Below are positions 51,501-64,000 of a stretch of DNA of 64,000 bases, piece by piece (position 1 is the first letter of the stretch; every line of letters begins with the position of its first letter). The translations under genes and the position numbers were made by a program. The notes beneath the pieces were generated by a model, which worked only from the letters and a program-made list of their open reading frames with translations, had not been told where the DNA came from and did not search any database. The DNA is taken from positions 5,425,009 to 5,489,008 of the forward strand of contig CM082591.2 in assembly GCA_040954595.2 (NCBI GenBank), written 5' to 3'. The stretch is from Balanoglossus misakiensis. Taxonomy: Eukaryota > Animalia > Hemichordata.

Positions 51501-54500
51501 TAGTCAGACGATACTTTTCACCAAAATAAACCCAATGCCATCCTTTTCGGCACATGTGCAAAAATCACTGTCTAGGATTTTTTATTTAAAATGATCTTTC
51601 AAATTGTTGAAGGCTTCGATTGACGTACGTACATTGTATAGGGCATATTCAGTATCCAAGGTTTCATCAGTGTGGGCGAACAATATAGCCGCAATTTCAA
51701 GGCTGAATCTATTTTCAAGATGTGGCGAGATAGTCAAAAATTACATGTAGCAGTTGTATTGTGATCACGATGCAGCCTTGACAAAAGGGGATTTCCATCT
51801 TATACCTACGGAACACAAAACATCATAGGATTCGTAGGACATTCACCCTCGGTAATTAGGCAATTCCATTGCAGTTCAGGGGATGGAGCCAAAGAAATTT
51901 CAAATGTTCACAAAATTTCACACTTGTAGTGTATAGTTTAAGTGAATGGTGCGGCAACAAAGAGTTTTTTTTTAAAATGATATAATACGAAAAGTTTTAC
52001 GGCAATTAACATTATAATTAATTCATTACTTTTTAGCAAATTAATGTAATACATATAGCTCAATTTGGTAGTTCGGGGGATGGTGCAAAATAAAATTCAC
52101 AATTTTAACTAGCTCTTACACCCAGCACAGGGAAAAAATCTGAATGATGTCATCAGGGAGTTGGGATATAAAGACAAATCAATATGCAGAAAAAAACTAA
52201 TCAAACAGTATCTAGTTTAAAAGACTTTCGTCATGAACTTGATGTTACAGAGTGATTTAAAAGAAAAAGTGTTTTAACGATGGTAGGATTGGAATAAATT
52301 AACTTTTCCATCTTTTGGGATTTGTAGCGGAATATTGACGGGCAATGAACCTGATGTATTGAAAAGTGTATATATAATTTCAGTTTACGAGACTCTTGTG
52401 TGCCTACGTAGACATGGTGTTACCACTGAATCCATACAGAATAATTGCACTCTTGCGAGATCGGCGAAAAAGGAGTATACACACAGGTGTCGGAATAATT
52501 GCTTATCGACCTTGTAGCATTGTCAAATTTGTCAGTGGGTATATTTGATAGATACCGTCAGATTTTCCTGTTCACCGAGCTTCAGTATTTTTGACTGTCA
52601 AAAATTCTAGACAAGTAACTTATCTTTTTGTATTTTTATCTTGATTCGCATCAGTGCAATATTCATGACGGTTGCAAAATATCACTTTTTCAATGAACGA
52701 CAATAGCTCCATTGACGTGATGAGGATTACAGTATGATAATTTCGTCAGATGTGATTTTTTTGGAAAATCTGAATTTGAGAAACGTACTGCCACTCAAAA
52801 TTTTACATTCAGTCCTGTATTCTCTGGTGTAAATACTAAATGTTCTATTTGATTGCATGGGAAAACAATCTGTAGCATATCTGATGACACACACCCTCAC
52901 GGGACTCGAAATCATAGTCAGTGTACATCAATAGGGAAGCAACAGAAACTACTCAACTGTTCCATATCAGGTTGAAATTCATTAGAGCGACATATTGCAG
53001 TTGTCGTAGTGAGTGACGTAGGCGAAAAGTATTGCATTTTCAAATGGATACTCTGTTTTGATTTACTTTTTATGACTTTTTGAACTTGTTACATGATTTA
53101 TCAACTTTCAAAGAATCCCTGTCTATGCTAATATAAGTCATTTCTCACTTGAAAATCTTCATATCCCATTAGTTGTGAAATGTATACATATTAAGCTGGA
53201 ATATTACTTGACAAGTGATCTCAATATAGAATTCATTCCTTTTATCAAATACTTTGCATTTCAGTGGATTCTAGCTTTAATCGGTTTTCTATGAAACTCA
53301 GTCATATAATTTTCCTGAAAGCTATTTGGGAATAATTCCTACGTATGCTTTCTAAGAACTACCTAATCCTTCTAGTATAGTCTTCAGTGTATTCCAAGAA
53401 AATCCCTTATGACAGTATAATCACTCTGTAAAGAGCTTACTGTAGTTCATAAGCCAAATGCTTGATCCTTATGGAAGGTGATTTTAAGTGGAAAATGCAA
53501 TATCAGAAAATTACTTGACAAAAGTGGTGTAGCATATGCTTTGCATGGACATGTACTCATAATATTTCACACACGGCCCGTTGCTTTAGCAGTTTAGTAC
53601 AGTAAATCATGTCTAAACTTAATTGTGTATAATCGGGAAACCTGTCTATACCGAACACATATTCCTGCCACTTTGACATAGAACCACATGTTGAAAGAAC
53701 CTCTATAATCTGGACATCCCTGCAAACCGAACAATTCAGTCCCTTTGGTGTTTGGTTCAGACAGGTTTTAGTTACTGTACTTTCTTCCAAACACACCGTC
53801 GTCATTCCTCAGACAGCGGCATTGACAATGTCAAATCTATATTCAAAGCATACAGAACTCCCACGTACAGCAAAGAAACTTTTCGCAGCAATGCCACTGT
53901 AGCGACAACAGAATCTCTTGTAAGAACTTGATCTATTCAACCTGACCACTGAGAATACATTCACCAACTAAACCATCGAAAACTACGTTTTTCCCCCATC
54001 TTTTTGTAAAAAAAAAATAATTTCAATGACTCTTATCATCTTTGCCTAAAGGTATCAGTGGGACTTTTATCATTCTCCACTTTCCAATGACTGATTACCA
54101 TGGCAATAGACGTCATCTATTCCGATAATGATACAGGAACTTTGATATTTTGGGAATCTTCAGAATGTTGCCTCTATTCATATGATGGCCTTCATAATTC
54201 ATTGTCCAATGATTCTTGACGTGGCATTGTCGCATTCGCAGTTCTCTAACCAGCAGGTCGTTTACCTAGGGTCCATCTACAGAGTTTATATTTCATTGTG
54301 CCGTTAAGGAGCATCTCAAAATACTGCAACTTCCATGGCCCAACCATTTAATATTAGTGTAAAACGGAAAAGTTGAGATAAATTTTCGCGAACTACCTAA
54401 GAGCATAATATTTACAGTTCTAATTCTGTAAACTAATTTTGGGTACATACAAAAAGTAACAAACTAATATTGCTCATGTATCAATTATCTGTGCATACTT

Positions 54501-54985
54501 TTGATGTATTAGATGTTGCTTGGACACAGTGATGTTTTGTATTCTAATTGGTTCATGAACTTTATCACCAAATGAATGCAAACTGTTTTCACAATATAAT
54601 AATATTATGTACATGTATACACTTAATGTTTCGTTTCCAAATTTAAATTAATTTTCCATTGCCACTAATATTTCTTACAGCATCACTGATATTTTAGGGC
54701 TATAGCGAGTACTATGCTGTATCTTTAGTCATGCTGAAATCTATGTTTATCGATGACAGTTAAAACCATAAAAATTCCGAAGATTTCAATGTACACAACA
54801 TTACAGTGATTATAGCATCCAGATGGTGTTCATGTAAAACTTGAGATACTAAAATACATGTAAAACTTGAGATACTCAAATATAAATTTCTAAATAACAT
54901 ACAGCTGACAGTACCCTTGGACGGTTATTTAATACCGATTGACTTTCCTACACAGAAATAAATAATGTCTAGACTAATTTACACC

Positions 54986-55056
54986 AACTAAGTTTGTATC
55001 CAGTTTCACACCTATCAATAATATCGATACGTGTGAAACTGGATTCAAAACTAGTT
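54986..55056. repeat. Hairpin element related to the 3077-3155 foldback type
   Basis: atccagtttcacac.tatc / gata.gtgtgaaactggat inverted arms; no clear TSD. Confidence 0.6.
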
Positions 55057-58000
55057 TCAAGATATAATAGGCTTCCAACACAATGGTGCTAGAAATATGA
55101 AGAATAACACACAGAAATTTAAAACTGAAATTTAATACGTGATCTCTGACAGATATACTATAACCGTGAAACTGATAAGTTTCTACAGAAGCACAATTAA
55201 CTGCCGTTCAAATAACTGGCTGGCGGTTTCAGGCATGTGTGGAGAATGAAGGTTTCCCGTATCTTGTCTTTCTGTGTTTAAGTTCTTTGTCAAATCAGCC
55301 AAATGGCATATTAATACTTGGCAGCAGTCTATCGCTGATTGGCTATAGCTACATACAGCTATCAGCCGCACAGCATAAAAACATCCTTGGAAGCACTTAC
55401 AGTAATTGAAAGTTACTGATTTGTATTTAATGGTCATGTTACACTGCTCCATGGTAGTGCATTCCTGCGGGCTATGTTCTGTAGCTATTGCAGACGTCTA
55501 CAAAGGAATTACTCTCTTTCGGAAAATACATGCCTTCTTCATATCAGCTTGATTTTCCATGATTCCGATGCAAAGTATCAAATTTGCCTGTACATTAATG
55601 TATCAACATTGCTGTCATCACCATTCTTTTTTAACCCTTGCACGGAAAGGTTTTGTTTTCTATGGTAAAGTTGAATGACTTAAAAGGAAAGCAATCACCT
55701 GTAATTTACATATTTTTGGTTGTCAAGAATAAGTTTACTTTCAGCATACATATTTGTAACTTGCTTAAAATTGATGTTTTTTCTTCTTAAGACGATTCAA
55801 CTGGGCATGCTCAGATGTCCGGCAAGTGAAATTTGAGACTTGAGACACCTACAAGAAAATTATAGAATTGAAGATCTCCAACAGGTGTTGGTTAAGTATT
55901 GTTCTGTTTTCTTATCTGAAATCTTGAAAGAAAGCCACTAGATTTTTCGTTGATTTTAACAGTGAAGTAGCAAGGTTACTTCAGAAAGGTTCGCAGAAAA
56001 GTTTCCACTTTTACCCTTTGAAGTACAAATCTGAATTTGGCTTCAGGCATTCTGATATGTTGATGACAAAGCTCATCTAGTGGTGACGACAATGACTATG
56101 ACATTTTCTATGATTGCCGTATTTTTCACTGCAGGTATAATTGAAAAATAATTCTACCAAGGTCATGTATGAAAGGCGGCCAAGCGTAATTGTTAATTTG
56201 ACATTTCCAAATATAAGAGCTGTACGCATGTGAATTCGAGTGAAGACATGGTCTTAGCTGCAGGCATTTCAATTTCTTTCCTTCCAAACAATCCTTTTTT
56301 CAAGAGAAAATCAGCCGCCTGACAAATTGGCATGATCATGCACAAGGGCAAAAGTAAAAAATTGGGAGGGATTTTTTTCACTTGTACTTGATAATTTATC
56401 TGCTGAGATAGTGTGACAATTCATCACAGAAAGCCACATAAATGCACTGAATTGGGAAACCTTTTGAATTTCGATGTGCACAGTGCCCTATTTTGAATGG
56501 AGTCAATGTAATGTGAAATTTATACATATACTGTATAACAAAAAATTGCAGAGATGACCTGTTCAAATACACTGTGTGTTTTTGAGAAAACCTATTTTCA
56601 CGAGAACACAAAACTAAGAACTGATTTACTATGGCCTAATCCTATTACATGTATACCATTGCTCAATCATATAAAACTATACAAGAATATCATTTGTATT
56701 CGATCCTTCATAAATAGTGAGAGAAATTTATACAAAGATAATTTAAGTGAATTGCCAGTCATATGGAATTATGTCCCATTATGTTTTCCTGCATTCACTA
56801 TACCAGGCACACTGCACAATATGTGCCAAGCTTGTCCAAACTTGTATAGGTGGAATATTGCATACGACGAAAAAGCAGCTTTTTGAAAGACAAAACAGTC
56901 CTAAAATTATTGCCATCTCTTTCATCATATCCTGATATAACACAACAAGGACACAGCCACTCTGCGTGACTATACATGTTCAATTTCCGTTCTTTAATTG
57001 AATTAAATTTAGGCTTATTTTATCAATGAAGTATGTTGCCTTTCAAAATCTCTGGCTTTACTGGGCCAGTAAACCAATCAGAAGACATCTTACAGAGAAC
57101 GATAGGTATCCTTCAGTGTAGATCGACGTAACGTGCAATCTGATTGGCCTGGTTGTAACGGGAGGTTGAACGGGAGCTTCTATGGGAGTTGGTCAGATGT
57201 AGTGTGAGGCAACAGCATAAGAATACTGTACCGCAAAGTAAAAAACGTCGCCGTACCCTACATCTGATTTTAATCAGATTGGGTCAATGCCTGTCCTTTG
57301 ATGTATAAATAAGATATGCATAACAGTAATAATAGATAAATTCTATTTAATCAACAAAATTGCTTTTAATATGACATCATTATCATGACTAATGCATTTA
57401 AATTAAAGCACCAGTAAGCATCCAAAACTGTGTATGATTAAAATTATTTCCCCAGGTGAATTTCGTGTTTTCATCAATTAAATAGCCATCCATATTGTAT
57501 TAGCTCACAGAGCTATTACTGAACCATCGTCTTTCCATAAAGCTTTTTTCAGATTTCCATATGATCTTTCCCTGATATCCTAATTATTGCAACAGAGTCA
57601 TTTTCCAACAAACTCGATCCTTGGAGACAGGGCTTACAAACTGTATCATTACGACTCACTGCTATTTAAGCCATTTAAATCTAGGTTTTCTAACTTTTTC
57701 CCATTAAAGTGATTATTTTTATATGTATTGAGAGATAATACAGCAAACTGGGACTATACATTTGTGGTTTCCTAAGATAAGGTTCACTAAATAGAACACA
57801 ATGTTCTTTCAAATAACTGCGTAAGTAATATACTGCCTTGGAAAAATAATTATTTCTACATAACTACAGAGATTAGGATGTAATATCACATGGCTATTTA
57901 GGTGAATATCATGTGCATGATTAGAAAATGGACAGATAGATTAGACATGATTGCTTCACATACCAGTAACTGCATAAGGCCAAAGTAAGTAAATTCTTTG

Positions 58001-61000
58001 TTTTGCGGCTGATCAAAATTCTAAAACGACTTATGACTGCAGTTATAAAACACACACAAACTGTTTCTGAGTATTATTTTTGACCAAAAACTGCAAAATT
58101 AACCAAAACATATTATAATATCAATGTCAATAGCTTCACTTTAACTATAGCAGACCATAATGATGGAAGTACCTGTGGCTCTAATTACATCACATCTACA
58201 TTTCAAAGGTATGCACATGTATGTCTGTAAACACACAATGAAACAAATTAAAAAAGGCAAGATGGAAAATCCAATTTGACCAATTTCGTTAAATTAACAG
58301 ACTCAGGGTTGGATCTTTGGGAGCAGGGGGCATTAGTTCTTTACGAAGCACCTTCAGTCAAACTTGTTGATATGCACCCAGAAATGTGTACGATAATCTT
58401 TCAATAATATAACTTCAGTGTTTCCCACAAATCCCCGTGGCATATTTACAAATCTCAGGTGGCTTATGATCCAATCCTAAGGCCTACATCCATCAAAAAA
58501 CTGTGCCACCACACAGGTGCCTGGGAATGGAGAATTAATGAGAGCATGAAATACATGCAATCGTGCCACTGAGATGCTAACAACATGCGTCAGATAATAG
58601 GAACTTAATTAAGCTAATTTGCTCTTCACCGCAGGCACTTATAGTGATTCAAACCATGAACATGACATTTCGGAAAAAAACAAAGAAACCAGGAAAGGTA
58701 AAATTTGTCTCTGCATGACGGCGGTGTGTGGATGTGCCTGAAACCCTGTTTAAAGTTTCAAACCCAGGATGGGCAATTTATGTGTGCCGTACCTGTATTC
58801 TATTTTGCGTCAGGTTTCAGTATAATAATTGTAATGATTGCTTGATTTTCCTGTTTCTGGCGTCCTGTGTGTACATCTATTTTAGAATGCTTGTATTTTT
58901 ATGTTTGATGTGTATTTTTTTGTTTTGTGTTCTGTCACACTGTACCCATTTGTTCAAATGACAATCATATATCAACTAGTTAATCAAAGCCTTATGATAC
59001 ATTACTATTTTTTTTTTCATTTGAACTCTAAAACTCCATGGACTGTTTTTGAAATTTCATCGCCCAGGTAATAAAAGACTCCATCCCCATGATGTAATTG
59101 CTTGGTGATCCCAACTGCATCAAGTTAAACCATAAAGTCAGAAACCATGGCAACAGCATGAGAGAAGCAAAACTTCACATTTCTGCTTTTAAGATATCTA
59201 CAATGAGAAACCCTGCAGGCATAGCTTACAGACAATGAGGGGGGGGATTCAATTTGTCAGCTTATAACTCCGACTTCAAGGAGCAAATATGCCGTATTGG
59301 AAATTATCATGAGTAAGTCGTCTTACATAAAAAATGTACTTCTTTTTAAGCTTCAGAAACAATGTCTAAAGACCTGGTCACTGTAATTTCACTGCTTCAA
59401 TTACACACAAACTTCTTACAACAGATTTGGACACACTGCCATGGCAACGGAGCTGTCCTAATTAACTAGCCTAAAAATCTAATTATCTGAGACGTGTATC
59501 TGGAACAGGCAAGTCTGGCTTCAGGTAATTTCATGGAGTGAGAATCCTGTTCTGTGTCGGCATCAATGCAATGACAAAACGTTTATCGCAAACTCCTGTA
59601 AGGCAATGTGCGAGCTGAGTTAAGAGAACCATTAAATGTAGTTTTTCCCTGTATGCAGAATGACATATATAGAACAAATACGGAGAAAAGACAAAAAATG
59701 GTGTCAAAGTTAGCAACAATTAATTGTTTCCATTGCAATTTCACTTTGTACAGTCTTAATTAATTGTCTCAAGTAATTAATGCTAGTTTCAGCAGCAAAA
59801 GTTTACTTTAATGAAAAAATTATATAATTGTCTTGCCGCTTAGAAAAATTACGATAAATTTCAAAAAGGAGTCCCATTTATATATACTTTATTACATATA
59901 GTACGCAAACACTCTTGCCCAAAGAAAAGATACATAATCAACTTGTCAATATGATTTTCAGGCACGATTTTCAATACCCGGCATACTGCAGAAAACATCT
60001 GAGAAATTTGTTGATGTCATAGAAAAATCTGATTTATCAAAGATCACCTCATGAGAGGATATAACAATTCCTCACTGACATTATCAACTTAAATGATGTG
60101 ATAATTAAGATATATATACACTCACTGACTTTTTGCATTTGTAACTCAAGCACGCCTGTCTGAACCTTCGCGTCAATTGCTTTAACCTGTGACCTATTTC
60201 TGGATCTCGTCTCAATTGATGAAGTCTAGACTGGTATATATGGTACGTCCACTTCCTGGGGCAACAACCCTTCTCATGACTCAGACTTCATATAGAAAAC
60301 TGTGTCATATACTATTATATCAATTAAAGCCCCAATTCAGCTGCAACTATGTAAGTAAGTTGTTCTGCGTTTAGTATACAATTACTCCATGTATAAATAC
60401 TGTAAAACATATCTTGCAACATAATTTCATGTTGATATGACTACCATAAAAACAGACAAAGAAAGACAATGTAAAACTAAACAAAAGAAAACAATGTATG
60501 AATCCAACACCTGTTGCATTAAATGTTGAACAGAGCTGACAAAGTGAATTACGAGTTTACGTTTGGCATTGTATTATGTTTATTAATATCTACCGTACCA
60601 GTGCTAAAAATCATACTAAATCATCACAATGAACTATGATCTTTTTGTTCATTTACAAGCTGACACATCATGCACCAAAAAAGGCATGGACATCAAGGCC
60701 TCTGCAGAATCTCTGTGGTTTCATTTCTCCGCAGTTTGTCGCGTGGTTTTCGTATTAGAAGAGGACTTGGGAATCATTTACTGTGTGTTGAGGGAGACGT
60801 CAATCTTCCTTGCAAACTGCATGCATGCATCTGGAACTGCTCTTGTGTTTCCATAGCTTCTCCTGAAAGATTCGTTTTCCCGGTTTTCAGCAGCGACACC
60901 CCACACGCTTAACACACGAATACCATTACCTTGTACAAACTCAGTTCGGTTAATGAAACAAACATATATTGGAGATACCTTAACATTAAATTGAAAGACC

Positions 61001-62276
61001 TCTGAAAATATTCATTTTCACAAACTTAACTTCGTTCCCTTAACTCTGAAGCTGAGTTTGCCTTTTTAATTTCAAAGCTGAGGCATTTTCTCAGTCAGAC
61101 TTCAGTACTATGCTACTCCACTAATACTCAATAATGAGATATGTAATATGCAGCTTAATGGCGGAAAAAGTTTGCCTATGGGTATACCCCAGAGTGTTAA
61201 GTCTATCTGCATAGTCCCAAGTTACTTTGTTAAAGTACATTTACTGTATCTCAGACAAAACATAAGTCCTGTTTCTCACAATGATGATTAAATATTAAAG
61301 CATAATATTCGAGTAACCACTCATACAAGATACACATATCATGCACGTACAATTCGCAAAAATTTGAAAGTGATGTCACTCATTGTAATTACAGATACTA
61401 GATTGCCTATTATAAATATCAGTGTCATCAAAATACATATTGAAAATACAAATGTAAAGGGTCATCGTCTTAGTTTATAAAAGATAAGGCCATTGAAAAA
61501 AAATATAACAATGAACCATCAGCATTTTCTACGGGAAGAACACTTCAAGAAACTTATCTCAAGATGTTGAGTGCAGTGACATTATGATTTTATTTAGCCA
61601 CTGAATTCAATTACTTTCGATGAGGTATATATGCATTTCATGAAGATGACAAGAGCAGAAGTGGGCTTCCTGAAATTTTCCAAGTAATCCCATGGGAGGA
61701 GGCAAATTTGACATTCTCCTAAGTGGACATGCGAATCTTAAGTACCACTGTCAAGGTAAGTGTACATTATAATATGAATTATTCAGTAGTTTTACATGTT
61801 CAGGCTTTAAATTTGCATAAAAGTGTGGTGACTCTCTTAGACCTTGTCTTATATGCATAGGTTTTGTACAAAATATGTATGTAGGGTATTAGGCCTGGGA
61901 AAGAAAACATCTCCAGCCAATTTCAGTGTATGTTCCATCCTTTCTATATGGGAAAATGAAATAAGATTAATATAAGCTTTGTTATTCTAAGATGTGCTTC
62001 AATGGCCATTTCAAACAGAACACTGTGAGCATGCAACTGTATTGTGATATTTGTGTTCGAAAAATATATTGCTGAATATGATGCAGTTTGTAATATCCAA
62101 AATGCATCATTGCAGTATTGACAATGAAAATGATATATGTATGATATACAAACAGGGTTGGAGAAAGGGGAATATCCATCAAGACAGACAAACAGACAGA
62201 CAATGCCCTGAAAAAGGTAAACAACAGGTTCATTGTCTCTATAAACACAGTTCAACTTGTGTATCATGTGTACATA

Positions 62277-62484
62277 CTGTAAAACACTTTATTTTCGCGA
62301 GTTAAATTTTTCGCGATATCGACAGGGGCCACTGTTTCGCGAGGATTAATTTTCGCGTTCTCTTATTTCATTCACTGCAACGTTATCTTCAAAAACAATT
62401 TACGCGACTTTTTATTTTCACGCTATTTTGGCTCTCGCGTATTTGGCGAAAATTAATTGCTCGCGAAAATAAAGTGTTTTACAG
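62277..62484. mobile_element. 208-bp family A MITE, TA TSD
   Basis: Near-identical (about 96%) to 11301-11508, same orientation, intact TIRs. Confidence 0.9.
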
Positions 62485-63127
62485 TATCTGAAGTACACAT
62501 TCAACCTTCAAACCAGCGGTTGATTGATCTGGTGGCCAACGATACAGGTGAGATAATCAATGCCTATTAAAGGCGCAATTACACTTGGCATTGGGAAATA
62601 TTTCACACAAATTGACAGATAAGTAAGGGTTGCTTTTCTCTGATAATGACTCGGTCATTATACTGCGGATAATTTCTATTCAGCTGCACGGTGTCACTGA
62701 AGTGTCATGGGCATGCACTTACAAACAACTGAGGGCTCTAAAACTGATGCTAATACACAAAACACCATCAATATTCACTTTGTTATTTTTTACCATCCCT
62801 GAACTAATTCATAGCATAATACTATTTGGGATGAGGGATGAATTTACTGTTACTTTTTTCAGCTCAGCCAAACAAACGTAAACAACCCTGTAGAGTAGCT
62901 TGATTTGTAATCAAATTTAACAGCATGTTAGGTGGTCCTGTGAAACTAATAAATATGCGCATGTTGATAGAATTAGTTTTTGTTTGAATTCCTTCCAGCC
63001 TTGGCTTTGTAAACTTCTTGTGTCGTATACAAACTAACCACGTCACTTCTTTGTACTGGCAGCCAATGACCATACACAACAGGTGCTCAAAATATAGATG
63101 GCAGTGTTTAAATTGCTTAAATTGTTT

Positions 63128-63237
63128 AAATTTGCATATATTTAAAATACTATTTTGCATATATTCAATTTTAACAAATCCCTAGAAATTTGCATATATT
63201 TAAATTACTGATTTGCATATATTCAATTTTAACAAAC
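63128..63237. repeat. Tandem duplication of a ~58-bp unit containing TTTGCATA motifs
   Basis: aaatttgcatatatttaaa.tact..tttgcatatattcaattttaacaaa occurs twice. Confidence 0.75.
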
Positions 63238-64000
63238 ACTGGAGGACGTTTAGTTGATATCCAGTTATTATGCTGCTTGCTAGGCAACTTTTGTACATAC
63301 AGTGAACAGTAAATAATTACTACAGTAATAATTTACCACCAATTTCATCTAATTAGACGTAAAAGCCACAGTGTACGGAATGGGTAATTCACAACTGCAC
63401 TTAATGATGTGGGTGGAGGGTTTAAAATAGTTAATCACAATAAAATGTTAGCCTGTCATTAGTGATGGATCTGGTTGTAAAGACAGCCAAACTTGGCTTA
63501 TTTGCATATTCTTTTACTGTTTAGTGGAGAAAAAGTGTTTGGCTGGGCCCTAAAGCAGCTAAATGACAATAGATGTGTTTCATGTATTAGCATGGGGCAA
63601 TGCAGAACTTTAATATAATAATTGCCTCACACATGTGTATATACATGTATATCCAATACAATATGATCTAATCAACAGCAACTGTTCAACAATATACTTA
63701 TTAGTTAAAAAATTTGTGATATCAGCTATCAAAATTAATCAATCAATACAAATCTGCTGCCAATATAAAAAGGACAAAAGTACACATACACTTTAGTCTC
63801 GAAGGACACATGTATTCAATTTGTTTTTCACACTAACTGGAACTGTTTACCATTTCCCAGTAAAGCATTTTCAAAGAAACACATTCATCTGATGTATCAG
63901 ATCAATACCTTAAGAAAAAAACAGGATGTCTACATGGCCTTCATATTTTAATAATGATAAAAATATATGTTTCTATATGTATATTACACATTTGTCCACT

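Noticed and set aside
60629-60930. Possible upstream coding exon for the nuclear receptor
   Set aside because: Minus-strand ATG-initiated frames here hit stops before any donor; no phase-1 coding exon could be supported.

Overview
AT-rich, intron-containing animal genomic DNA. It is probably a marine invertebrate and echinoderm-like, inferred from the E78-type receptor and the single-VWD secreted protein. No prokaryotic features, CRISPR arrays, rRNA or intact tRNA were seen. Seven protein-coding genes were reconstructed by hand from splice sites and reading-frame phase: (1) the first coding exon of an alpha-arrestin/ARRDC-like gene (-, runs off the left edge, absent from the ORF track); (2) ROPN1L (+, 224 aa); (3) a TM7SF2/DHCR14-type delta14-sterol reductase (-, 423 aa, no LBR Tudor domain); (4) a secreted protein with a basic propeptide, an unrecognised beta-rich domain and one variant VWD domain (+, 315 aa); (5) a ~960-aa charged/coiled-coil protein encoded in one exon (-, CCDC181/CCDC34-like Trp motifs); (6) a TEX52 homologue (+, 288 aa); (7) an E78/Rev-erb-related NR1 nuclear receptor (-, ~394-422 aa), followed by more than 18 kb with no recognisable coding exon. 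Introns and intergenic DNA hold several MITE families (TA-, TTAA- and 9-bp-TSD types), short tandem duplications and microsatellites. The best leads are a uORF-dense alpha-arrestin leader, a possible RFX-controlled cluster of cilium/sperm genes, PP1-docking and RPxSA motifs in the 960-aa protein, the KDPH-variant VWD protein, and atypical features of the nuclear receptor. All family assignments are from recalled motifs; no database search was run.
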